Shown piece after piece: positions 1 to 11,600 of a DNA stretch of 64,000 bases. The notes below the pieces were generated by a model. It was not told the DNA's origin. It did no database searches and worked only from the letters and a program-made list of their open reading frames with translations. This DNA comes from Rhizaria sp. SCN 62-66. Its lineage: Eukaryota. Every line of letters begins with the position of its first letter. The stretch's first letter is position 1. The stretch lies in the NCBI GenBank assembly GCA_001724265.1, contig MEDY01000052.1, positions 62,001 through 126,000 of the forward strand, read 5' to 3'. The position numbers and the translations under genes are program-made.

Positions 1-3000
1 CGTCACGCTCAGCCAAAGCGTTGTCGCGCTCAGCAAAGGCAGCGTCACGCTGGGCACAGGCAGCAGCTTGCTCAGTCTCAGCGGTTTTGCGCGCCACAAA
101 AGCAGCATCGCGCTCCTCAACAAGGCGATCACGGACAGCATTAGTGGCCTTGTGCGCAGCCTCGCTCTGAACAAGCGCGGCGCGCGCCTCAGCCAAGTCA
201 GCCGTACTCTGCTTAAGAGCAGCGAGGCTCTGCTCAAGCGCGCTCTGGCTCTGCGCAAGATCGATCTTGCACTGACTCAGATCCTTCTCACACTGAGTGA
301 GCTCGGACTTGCACTCAGAAAGTGCGACCACAGCGGCGGCAAACTCAGCCTGCGCGCGCTCACACTCACTGCGGCTGGATGCAAGTGCAGCCTGAAGCTG
401 TGCAACTGCAGCCGCCTGGGCCGTAACCGCAGCCTCCGCCTCAACCACAAACGCACGCGCAGCGGCAACCTCAGTATCGGCCTTAGACAGCGCGGCACGT
501 GCGGCGATAGCGTCAGCCTCCGCAGCGGCAGCGCTCTCTTTAGCCTCTGCAGCCTCAGCGAGTGCAGCCTTGGCAGCGGCCCCAGCCTCAGCAGCAGCCT
601 CGAGGGCCGTCGAGGCCTCGGCCTTGGCAGCACTTGCCTCCGCATTAGCGCTCTCAGTCTTAGCGCGAGCGGCCGCAGCCTCGCTCACAGCATCAGCAGC
701 GGCCGCGAGTGCAGCGGACGTCGCTTCACCGGCAGCAGCAACGGCGCTCTTGGCGGCAGCGGCCTCAGCCTTAGCGGCCTCAGCCTCTGCGGCAGCTGCA
801 ATAACGGCAGCCTGGGCAGTCTGAGTCGCAGCCTTCGCGGTCGCTGTCTCGGCCATAGCAGCCTCCATATCCGACTTAGCGCTCTGAGCTTCGGCTTGAG
901 CAGCCTTAGCATCAGCCTGAGCGCTCTGCGTGGCAGCCTTGGCAGCCTCAGCTTCAGTCGTAGCAGCATCAGCCTTTGCATTGGCGGCAGCGCACTCGGT
1001 CTTCGCGGTCTCAGCTTCAGTCTTGGCTGCGTCAGCCTCAGCATTGGCTGCCTCAGCGGCACGCTTCGCAGCCTTAGCCTCAACCTTAGCAGCGGCCACA
1101 TCCGCAGCAGCAGCCTCAGCAGCAGCCTTCGCAACAACAGCCTCATCCTTAGCAGCCTGAGCATCAGCCTTGGCAGCGTCAGCAGTCGCGCTCATTTCAG
1201 CAGCCTTAGCCTCAGCAGCCTTAGCCTCAGTCCGAGCAGTCTCAGCCGCAGCAACTGCAGCAGCCGTGTCGTTCGCAGCGGTGGCAGCCTGCGCCTGAGC
1301 AGACTCCGCCTCAGCCTTGGCAGCGGCCGCAACAGCAAGCGCGGCTGAGGCTTCAGCAATAGCCTCAGCAGCTGCAGAGTGCGCAGCGGTGGTCTCTGCC
1401 TTTGCGGCCGCAACCTCTGCAGCGGCAGCAGACGCGGAGGCAGTCGCAGACGCAGCCTCCGCCTTTGCAGCAGCTGCCTCAGCCTTGGCTGCAGCAGCAG
1501 TAGCATCAGCAGCCGCAGCAGTAGCCTCTGCAGCCGCGCACTGCGCCTTAGCCTCAGTGGCCTCAGCGTTAGAGGCCGCAGCAGCAGCAACTGCAGCAGA
1601 AGCCTCTGCCTTAGCCGCGGCCTCAGAAGCCTCAGCAGCATTAGCGCGGGCAACTGCAGCAGAGGCCTCCGCAAGGGCCTCAGTTTTAACGGTCTAAGCC
1701 GCAGCAGCAGTCTCGCGTGCATTCTCAGCAGCAGCCTTGGCAGCCGCAGCGTCAGCGTTGGCGGCGTCAGCGTTAGCCGCCGCAGTCGCGGCCGCAGCCT
1801 GAGCCTGAGCCAACTTGGCAGCAGCGGTCTGCGCGGCCGCCTGGGCGCTTGCAGTCTCAGCTGCAGCAGCCTCAGCTTTCGCGGTTGCAGCAGCAGCGGT
1901 GGCATGGGCAGTAGCAGCCTCAGCGCTTGCCGCGGCCACAGCGCCTTCGGCAGCATCGCGTGCAGCAGCCACTTCGGCCGCCGCAGCAGCCTTGGCATCA
2001 GCAACGGACTTGGCCACGGCCGCCTCAGCTGCAGCCGCAGCAGCCTGCGCGGCTTCAGTCTCAGCGCGTGCGCTAGCGGCAGCCTTCTCAGCGGCCACAG
2101 CCTGCGCTTGCGCGCCAGCGGCCTGCGCATGTGCGCTCGCAGCCTGCTCCTCGGCGCGCGCGGCGCGCGCCGCAGCGGCCTCAGCGTCGGCCTTAGCGCA
2201 AGCGACGTCCGCAGCGGCGCCCGCTGCAGCGCTGGCGGCAGCGCCCGCCGCGGCGACTTCGGTGGCAACAGCACGGGCGATGGCGTCCTTGGCGGCCTTC
2301 TCGGCAGCGGCCAGCGCCGTCTGCGCGCGCGCTTCAGCCGCCTCACTCGCCGCCAGGGCACGACGACACGCGTCCAGCTCCGCGCCAGCGCGACTTGAGG
2401 CCGCGCGCTCGGCGGTCAGAGCGGCGTTCAGACGCGCGGAGTCCTCCTTGGCGCCCGCAGTGATGGCGGCCAGCTCCGCGCCCAGTGTGCCCACGCGCGT
2501 CTTGGCGGCGGCAGCGTCGGCCACGGCGGCAGTCAACGCGGTGCCCGCGGCGGCGAGCTCAGTAGTGATGGTCGTGATGGCAGCGCTGGTCGCCATCGAG
2601 CCGGCAGCGGCGGCAGATTCCGCGCGCGCTAGAGCCGCAGCGGACGTCGCAGCAGCAGCACGTGCGGCGGCAGCGTCCTGACGCGCAGCCTGGGCAGCAG
2701 CGGTCGCAGCTGCAGCTTCAGCCTTGGAAGATGCAGCTTCAGCCAATGCAGATGCAGCGTGGGCCGCGGCAGCATCGACCTCAACAGCCGCGGCTGCGGT
2801 AGCTTGTTGGGCGGCACTGGTATCTGCGGCAGCCTTGGCAGTTGCGGCAGCGGCGTCGGCCTCAGCTGATGCAGCATTAGCCTCCGCCTCGGCAGCAGCA
2901 TTTGCGGCGGCAGCAGCCTTTGCCTCAGCCTCAGCTGCCGCAGTGACAGCAGCCTCAGCAGTCTTGTTAGCCTCAGCAATAGCGGTCGCGCTTGCAGCAG

Positions 3001-5597
3001 AGGCAGCGTCAGCCTTCGCAGCCGCAGCGGCGACCGCGCGCTCAGCGTTAGCCTTGGCGTTATCAGCCGCAGCCTTCGAATTAGCAGCCTCAGCAACGGC
3101 AGAGGCCAGCGCGCGTGCGGCGCCACGTGCCGCAGCAGCGAACTCGGCAGCAGAAGCACGCGCTTGCTGCGCCTGGCGCTCAGCCAAGCGCGCATCAGTG
3201 TTCGCAGCAGCCAGTGCAACAGCAGCGTTCGCATGCACACCTGCGATGGCCACCGCAGCCTCACACTGTACGGCAGCAGCCTAGCTCTGGGCGGTAGCAG
3301 CAGCAGCCTCAGCAGCGCTCGCAGCGGCGCGCGCAGACACGCACTCGCGCTCTGCATCAACACGGGCGGCGGACGCAGCGTCACGCTCTGCGTTGGCGGC
3401 GTCGCGCTCAGCGAGTGCAGCATCAAGGGCGACGTTTGCAGCATCGCGCTCAGCGTTGGCCACATCGCGCTGGGCGACAGCGGCGTCGCGCTCCGCGGCA
3501 GCGCCGTCACGCTGAGCCTGTGCAGCATCACGCGCAGCCTCAGCCTCAGCGATCTTAGTGTGCGCAGCCGCTGTGCCGGCTTCAGCGGCTTCAGCAGCCT
3601 TTACGGCAGAGCTTACAGCCTCAGAGCGAGCAGCATCAGCAGCCAACTGAGCATCAGCCGTAGCGGCGCGAGCCTGCTTGAGCATAATTTCACACTCACA
3701 CAATACAGCCTCTGTAGCAGCAAGCGCAGCACTCTTCTCAGCAGCTTCCGCGTTGCTCTCTCGCAACGTAACCTCACGCTGCTGCAGAGTGGCCTCGGCA
3801 TACTGCAGACTCGCATTGCTTTGTTGCAGCACAGACTCACGCTGCGCAAGCGCGGTCTCCAGCTCCGTGACACGTTGCCCCAGCTCATCTTGCGTCGCTG
3901 CAAGAGCGCCCTGTGTACTGGCAAGCGCAGTCTGCGCCGCAGCAAGAGCGTTCTCCGTCATCGTCACTTCAGCGCGCGCGGCGGCGAGCGCGGCTTCCTT
4001 TTCCGCAAGCGCGGCGCGGGTTTCATCCAGGGCGGCGCCACTACGGGCCAGCGCTGCAGTACCATCCGCGGCCGCAGTCTCGCTCGCGCGCAGCACGGCG
4101 GCCTGTCGCTCTGCAGCCGCAGCAGCTGCATCCGCAGCAGTCTCAAGAGTAGACACACGGGCCTGCAGCGCGGCAGCCGCGGTCTCAGCGGCTTCAGCGC
4201 GCGCGGTGGCAACATCAGCGTCGGCGCGCGCGCTTAGCAACGCGGCCTGCGCGGTCACAGCGGCAGCCTCCGCGGCCGCGGCGCCGGAGGCGTGTTCGGC
4301 GGCGCTCGCGCTGAGACGTGCAGCCACGGTGGCAACGTCGGCACGAAGGGATGAAACGGCAGCGGGCAATACGGTACGCAACGTCGAGGCAAGCGCCGCC
4401 GCAACGGTAGCTGAGCGCGCAGGCGCATCATCGTTGTTGGTGTTTTCCTTGCTGATATCAGCCTCAGCAGAGACGGTCAAGCCTTCGAGAGAGGGAAGGT
4501 TGGACGACAGGAACGCAATACATTCCTAAATTAAAACGTACACAGGCATACAATATACGCGTGAGTGACATAAACAAAATCAAACTTTACAAAATCCTAT
4601 TGCCGTTCCTTTGTGTGGCAAAATTCATCGCGAAAACAAGCAACTAGCACCGTACCTTAAGGATGGTGACACTGTCTGCCAGATGACTGTGGAAACGCGC
4701 GCGCTCCTGCGCGGCAGCTAAATGCGCGCGCGCCTGCACCAGCCGCAGCCGCGCCCAAGCGGCCGCGCCTTGAAGCCTCTGCGGTGCAGCGTTTGCTGAC
4801 TGTGTAGCCGCAGCGGCGGTGTTCTGTTTGTTCTTCTTCTTGTTCTTGCTCTTCGCATCCTTCTTGTCGCTGACGCTATCAATCACATAGGTGTTAGTCG
4901 CATCGTCTGCGTTGCTTTTGCTCTCGCTGTCTGCGGTTAATGATGCGAAATCGTCGTCGCAGCGCCAGTCGCACACGGCGCGCATCAGCAACCGCCGGCG
5001 CAGTGCCATCGCGCTCACCGCGGCGTCCGCAGCGGCCGCGCGCTCGCGGGCGCGCGTCTCGCCTGCTGCGGCCACGGCTTCAATCTCAGCGCAGTGTGCG
5101 GCAAGCTGGTCTGCGCGCGTGTTGGCCTCGTTGAGGCGCGCAGTGGTGCTATCAAGCGTCACTTGCAGGGCGTCGCGCTCCTGCGCCAGGGCAGCGATGC
5201 GGGTCTGTGCCACGGCCAGCTCCGCACGCAGCTGAGCGGCGAGCGCAGAGGCCTCATCCAGCGCCGCGGTGGCGGCTGCGAGCTGCGCCTCTAAGTCTGC
5301 GACGCGCGTCTGCAGCGCGGCAAGCGTGGCGTCCTTGGTGGCGGCCTCGGTGCGAGCGGCACTTTGCTCAGCACGCAGAGTTGTAACCGTCGCTGTCAAC
5401 GCGCGCACAGAGGCCAGTGCCGAGTCGCGCTCCGTCTGCACTGTATTAGTAAAGCGGAAGCGCTCGAGGTGCAGCTGGCGCATAAGTTCGCGTAGCTTTA
5501 GCTCCGCCTGACGTGCCTTTAGGGCTTCCGCCGAGGCCTGGAGAGTCTCCAGAGGAGCGGCGGGGGGCGCGGGAGCGCGCCGGACCACCACACGCAT
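1..5597 (-). CDS. Very large Ala/Glu-rich coiled-coil protein (>1800 aa, 3' end beyond the window); exons 5597-4656 and 4525-<1; two in-frame TAG codons
   Basis: ORFs 4644-5597, 3281-4480 and 1694-3253 join up. A phase-0 intron 4655-4526 (AAG|GTACGG...TTTAATTTAG|GAA) links the first two, and the rest is one frame broken only by TAG at 3283-3281 and 1696-1694. Heptad-like A(E/Q)RDAA repeats occur near 3370-3540 and 1-130. The ATG at 5597 follows a TACATAG acceptor-like site, so the true start may be upstream. Confidence 0.8.
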
Positions 5598-5856
5598 CTA
5601 TGTAAAAAATATTCAAAAGAACAGATAAATAATAAAACAGATCACTCAAAGCAGAAACTAAAATTGCATAAAACGGAGAGTCCATGAAGATCATGATGTT
5701 GAAAAAAATGGTTGTATTTGCATGACCGTTGGCAACTTTCTAGCCGTTGCAGGCGGTGCGTTTCACGTGATATTTTAAGTATTGATTTCTCTGTGAAACC
5801 AAGGCATTATTGCAATTACGCGATACAAATACGTAGTATATCGAGTCTATTTAATA

Positions 5857-7663
5857 ATGGCTTCTTTCATTCGCCAGCCCACTGCTGGGAAGTCCGCAAC
5901 AAAGACTGTTTTGAAAGACGTTAATTCTTCTACCGTCTCGGCAAACTCTCGTCCTACAATGGGCCCCACCAAGCCTCTTGCGAAGGGTCCTCAGCTCTAT
6001 GCTAACGTTAGGGCTAAGGTTGATACTCGTCGTAGCTCTTTTTCGAAGGTACGTCTCCTTCAGTCATCGATTCCGTCTAAGATATTCTCCTATCTTGTCT
6101 GTTGCCCTCTCACATCATCCCCCCCCTGCCACCTACATATTGCACCGCTCGTAGCCTGCTCTGAACACAAGTGCCGCTTACGACGCCTCTGATGCCTCCG
6201 CCTCCACCTCTCCCATGAATGGCGACGCGTTCACTGACGAGAACAACGTCTCAATGGCGCTCTATGACGACTCCACCAACGCTGACGCTGATGCGATGCT
6301 TGCTTCTTCTGCGGCCGCTTTCGTGCCCGCGGCGGGCGACTTCCCCAGCCTTGCGCAGCCCGGCGCTCGCTACGTTGTTACCGGCGCTGAGGATGAAGCC
6401 GAACGCGGCGTTACGTCTGAGCCCGCTAGCGTGTCAGCAGCGACGCCCGCTCGCTCCTTCGCCGCTAAGTCTGCGCTCATGTCTCCCTCGACTCCCGCCG
6501 TTGCCGTCTCAGGCGGCGAGAGCAGCAGCCCGTTCGCGACGCCCACGTCTGCGGCGGCCGCGCTGTTTGTTGAAGCACCAGCCGACGCTGCCGAGGCGCG
6601 CGCTGCGTTGGCGCTGTCGTCGGCCGCTCTCTCACAGATCATCCACGGCGCTGCCCCCACTTCGGCCTCCGCGTCTTCGACCGAGATCAACGCGGGCATC
6701 GTGTGCGACGCGGCTGTGTCGTCGCTGCTTGAGGCCGCCACTGCGTCCGACGCTTCCGCTGCCGCCGCCGCTGTGGCCGCTGCCCAGGCCGCCGTGGCCG
6801 CCGCGGCCGCCGAAGAAGCCGAGGCCGCCGCGGTCGCCGCTGGCCCGTCCAACGGCCGCACACTCATGTACAAGGTGCTTGTTGTCGGCAACGCCAAGTG
6901 CGGCAAGACGTCGCTAATCCAGCGTTACGTGCGCGGGCGCTTTCAGGACGAGTACCGCACGACGATCGGCGCGGATTACTCGCGCAAGGTCGTGCCGCAG
7001 CAGGACGGCTCACACGTGCACCTGCAGTTGTGGGACCTCGCGGGGCAGGACCGCTTCGCCAAGCTCACGCGGCCATACTACCGCCACGCGCGCGCCGCGA
7101 TTGTGGTGTGTGACATTTCGCGCGCCGAGACGCTCACGGCCGTACGCGACTGGAAGGCAGAGCTGGACGCGCAGTTCGAGCTCGACACCGAGGCCGGACG
7201 CGCGCGCTTCCCCGTCGTGCTGCTTATGAACAAGAGCGATCTGCTCGATAAGAGCGTCGACGAGCTGCTGCGTATGGGCCAGCAGCTCGAGCGCCTCAAG
7301 AACGAGCTCAAATTCACGGCCGCGTTTACAACCAGCGCCAAAGCGTGCCGCTACGTCACGGAGACGATGGATTTCGTCGTCGCTTCGCTCTTCGCGCAAG
7401 AGGGGCCCGTGGACGCTGCGGGCACAAATGCCGCTGCGGGTGCAGACGCCGAGGAGGACGAGGTCGAGGCCATGCTTGCCGTTGCTTCTGCCTCTGCGTC
7501 CGCGTCGGCGTCGGCCGGGGTTGTTCGTCGCAAGGGCGGCAAGAAGACCGCCGAGGCTGCGAACACTGCCAGTGCTGCGGCTGCTGCGGGCGCTGAAACG
7601 GGCGCGATTGATCTGTCGGCGCCCACGCTGGCTCCCGGGCAGCAGGCTTCCTGCTGCTATTAA
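5857..7663 (+). CDS. Rab32/38-like small GTPase with ~300-aa N-terminal extension; exons 5857-6048 and 6155-7663
   Basis: YKVLVVGNAKCGKTS (G1), TTIGADY (G2), LQLWDLAGQDRF (G3, with a hydrophobic residue where most Rabs have Thr, as in Rab32-type WDIAGQE), NKSD (G4), TSAK (G5) and C-terminal CCY. Phase-0 intron 6049-6154 (GTACGT...GTAG). Stop TAA. Confidence 0.85.
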
Positions 7664-8632
7664 AGAGTTAGAGACCCAGCAACATGGCGCGGCGCAGCTC
7701 TGTTGTCACTAAGACTGGCGACGGTTGCGCGGAACGAGTTGTAGAAATTTAGCTTTGTTTATTTGTTAGAAAAGTATAAGTAGAATTGATTATCACAATA
7801 TCACTAAACGTTTACGTATTAGTTTGGAAAATGCCATTATGGCAGCATAAGTTCCAATACACACCCACAACATCAAATTCACTTGATAGACGTATGATGA
7901 CAACGAGAAAAGCAGTTGATTCAAATGCGAACTTGTGTATTCAGGTGTACAGTCACGACCGATGTCGCACCACACTATTAGATGCGTCACACAAGCTGGT
8001 CCATTGCCTTGCTCGAAAAAGTTCGAGTAGGTCGGGACAGCAGGTGGCGCGGGGTCACTGGACGGGCGCGGCGGGCGCAAACACGTCAGCGCACAAAGGC
8101 GCGGAGCGGGGAGATCATCATCACATAGCATGACAAATACATACGGTTTTACGATCCGGTAACACAATCATGTCGGGAACTCGCTGAACTGCAGCGCCTT
8201 TTGGTAGCGTGCGCTCGAAGTCGACGCGCGCGTTGCGACAAAAGCGGAATACAATGGGATACATTAACAAAAACAAAATAGGATGATACAGAATTTTAAC
8301 AATATACAAATACTTTACAGATTCTAAAGATACGTCAACATGATGTGGTCATGTTACGGGCTGAGTCGGGTTGGCTGGATACACAGCGGGCGAGCACGCG
8401 CAGCGGGTGCGAAGTGCGGCGCAGTGGCGTTGCCGATAAGAGGAAACACAAGACTGAGGCATGCATGACGGGTTTGATGAACCAAAAAAAAGTTTCAGAA
8501 AATAAGAACAACAACAAATTGAAAAACAAAACTAAAATCGAAAACAAAGGCGAGAAAGGCGCTACAATTTTAAGCTTGGTCGTCGACGTTGTCAGGTTGC
8601 TCAAGCCTGTGTGTGTCACGCACTTCGCTCAT

Positions 8633-11600
8633 TTAGTAGCGGCGCGGTGGCATGGGCGGCGGCACGGGCGCGGAGGGTGGCCCCTGACCGTACGGCGTAG
8701 GCGGCTGCGGCGGCGCCTGCGCGTACGGCATCGGCGGCGCCTGCGCGTACGGCATCGGCGGCTGCGGGGGCTGCGGCGGGCGCGGCGGCATGGGCGCGGC
8801 CGAGTACGCGGGCGGATGCGCCGGCGGAGCACCGCCGCCGTACTGCCCGTACGCCGGCGGCTTTGGCGGCGGCGGCGCCATCGGGGCCTGTTGGCCGTAG
8901 CCCGAGCCAGAATGCTGCATGGGGTTGTCCGAAGACACGGCATAGTACGTTTGCTGCTGCGGCGAGCGCGGCGGCTGCGGCGCCATGGGGGCCGCGGGCG
9001 CGTAGCCGTACTGCGGCGGGGTGGCAGGTGGGTAGCCAGCCGGCTGGCCGTAGCCGGACTGAGGCTGGCCAAAACCGGGCTGAGGCTGACCATAGCCGGG
9101 CTGAGGCTGGCCGTAGCCGGACTGCTGCTGACCGTAGAACTGAGGCGGCTGCTGCGGCGGCACGGGGGCGACGGGAGGCGCCGCCGTGGAAGCAGGAGCA
9201 ACAGGCACCATGACCACAGCCGCAGGAGCCTCAACGGGGGCGCCCGACGAACCGGAGCTGGAGCGCATGCAGGCGCGGCACCAGTATCGGCGAGTGCCCT
9301 GGAACTGCTGGCAGCAGCAGCACGACAACAGGCACGCGATTAGAAGCACACCGAGGATGACGCAGATGACGACGACAGCGATGACCCATCCGGGGGTGCC
9401 ACTGCCGCCGCTGCCTCCGGTGTCGGTGTTGTAGTCGCTGGGTACACCAGTGCTCGTGCTCGCGGGGCACGTGATCGAAGACGTCGACGTGCACGTCGAG
9501 TCGCTCACGCCCAGACCAAGCGAAACCTCACTCAGCGATAGCACCGACGACGTGGCGGCGACCAAGGTCGAGTACTTCGCAGCCAGCGCAGTGACCGCGG
9601 TGTAGGCCGACACCATGCTCTGATCAGCCCCTTCAGGGTCGTTGGTCGCGGCGATGACGAAGCGGCCCGTCGCGGCGTCCGGCGTCGCGCAGTAACCGTT
9701 GAGGTGGAAGCGCGCGATCACATAGTCGATCTTGCTGCTGCTCGTGTAAAGCTCAGCAGAGCGGAACGTGACCTTGCCTGCGGACGCAGGCACTCCAGTC
9801 GCAGAGCCACCGCCGGGCAGCAGCCCGCGCGCGGCGCGGGTGAGCTCCAGCGCAGCGCGCGCGAAGAAGGCCTTGGTCGCGTCGCTGTCGAGGATGGTGA
9901 CGCGCAGGGGCAGGTTGTTAGCGGCGAATGTCAGCACCAGCGCGACACCGCGGCACTCGCATTGGTCGCCGACGAACTCGCGCGAGCACTCGCACGCGCT
10001 GCAGTCGCTCGAAGGCCTGCCCGACGTGCCAGAGGAGCCCGAGGTGGAGCACCGGCGGTCGCACGTCTGGCAGCTCGAGCCCGTCCAGTCGCCCGTGCAC
10101 ACGCACGTGCCGCAGCCAAAGAGGCCGCCGGTCTTGGCGAGGGCGAAGCCGTTGTTGAGACACACGCCGACGGACGAGGACGCGGTTGACTTGGCGGCCG
10201 CGGTGGCAGCGGCGTCCAGATCGCATGTGGTGGGCGTGCCGCACGTCGTACCGTGGTAACCCGCCTTGCACACGCAGCCCGTGGTGGCGCTGTCAACGCC
10301 GGGGAAGGTGCGGGGCGCGCACGACGACGTGTCAAGCGTGTTGCAGCCGTACGTGACGCACGGGCCGTTCTCGCAGCGCGCGCCGGAGTAGCCCTCTTTG
10401 CAGGTGCACGCGTCGCTGGGCGCGCTGGTGCGCGAGCAGACGCCGTTGAGACCGCAGTAGCTGCCACCCTCAGAGTCGCAGATAGAGCCCAGCGAGAACG
10501 TGGACGCGGAGTCCGCGTACAGCGACGCCGAGACGGACACGCGCACAGTAAAGGAGAACGCGGCCCACGAAGTCGGCACTTCAAACACGGCGGATGTCGC
10601 AGTCACTGGCACGGTCATCATGGGACGAACATCATCGCCAGAGCCACGGGCCTCGATCAAGAAGTGCGTGTTCAGCGATGACGCCCAGCTCGAGCCGGAG
10701 TAAGAGAAGTTGACCGTGAGCTTGCTGCCGCGCGTGGCCGTGGTGCCCACGCTGCTGGCGCCGGATACAGTCACCGAAGTCACATTTAGCGTCGCGACCT
10801 CAGCGCACTGGTCACCACGCGTACCCGGGTAGCAGGTACACGTGCCCCAGAGACGCGAGGGCGTGCCGGTGAAGCCGACGGAGCAGGTGCCGCTGTTCTG
10901 GCACGACACGGAGCCAAGCAGACACGACGTCTCGGTGCTCGGGCGAGTGGTCGCAGGGCAGAAGCCATCAGAGACGGCAGTGCACGTGGGCGTGTCAGTG
11001 GTGTAGCGGCAGCACGTGACGGTGGACGTCAGCACGCCCCATGAGCACGCGCCGGTGCAGGCCGAGATCGCGGAGCGCTCCCACCCGTAGGTCGGCTCCG
11101 CTGCGGTGGGGTCGGTAGGACACTGCGGCGTGTCAGTGCACGCGGCCGACGTGGCGGGCTTGGTGCCAGCGACGGTGCCCGAGGCCTCGCAGTCGGAGAG
11201 AAGTGCAGAGTTGATCAGAGAGGCCGAGCTGTCAACGCAGCTCACAACGCGCGTCATGGTGCCCGGAGACGTGGTGGGATTGACCGAACACGCGGGGCAG
11301 CCGGACCACGACTGCTTCACGACCCACGCACACGCGCTGCGGTCAGTGCACGACGACGACGCCGCGGGCTGCGTGCCAGCGCCCGCGGACGCGCAGACCG
11401 AGTTGTTGACGGCGATGGGCGCGGCGTTGCCGCCGGGCAGCACAAAGCACCCGACGTTGCGGCCGCGACGGCCCGTGGAGGAGCACTTGGACGAGCAGGC
11501 AGTCCATTCCGAGCCCGTATCGGAGCACGTGACCAGCGCGGGCGCGGTGGGAGACCAGCAGCGCCAGTCGGCCGTGCAGCCGGTTGAGGTCGGGGAAGCG

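Noticed and set aside
68-4529. Long plus-strand and alternate-frame ORFs (e.g. 68-1348, 1379-2398, 3164-4237)
   Set aside because: Shadows of the GC-rich Ala codons of the minus-strand gene; no motifs. The same applies to most overlapping ORFs in the track.
4644-4646. TAG ending ORF 4644-5597
   Set aside because: Lies inside intron 4655-4526, so it is neither a terminator nor a recoded codon.
7940-8130. GTGATGA...CTGA on the minus strand between the Rab and metalloprotease genes
   Set aside because: Box spacing is too short or too long and the terminal stem is weak.
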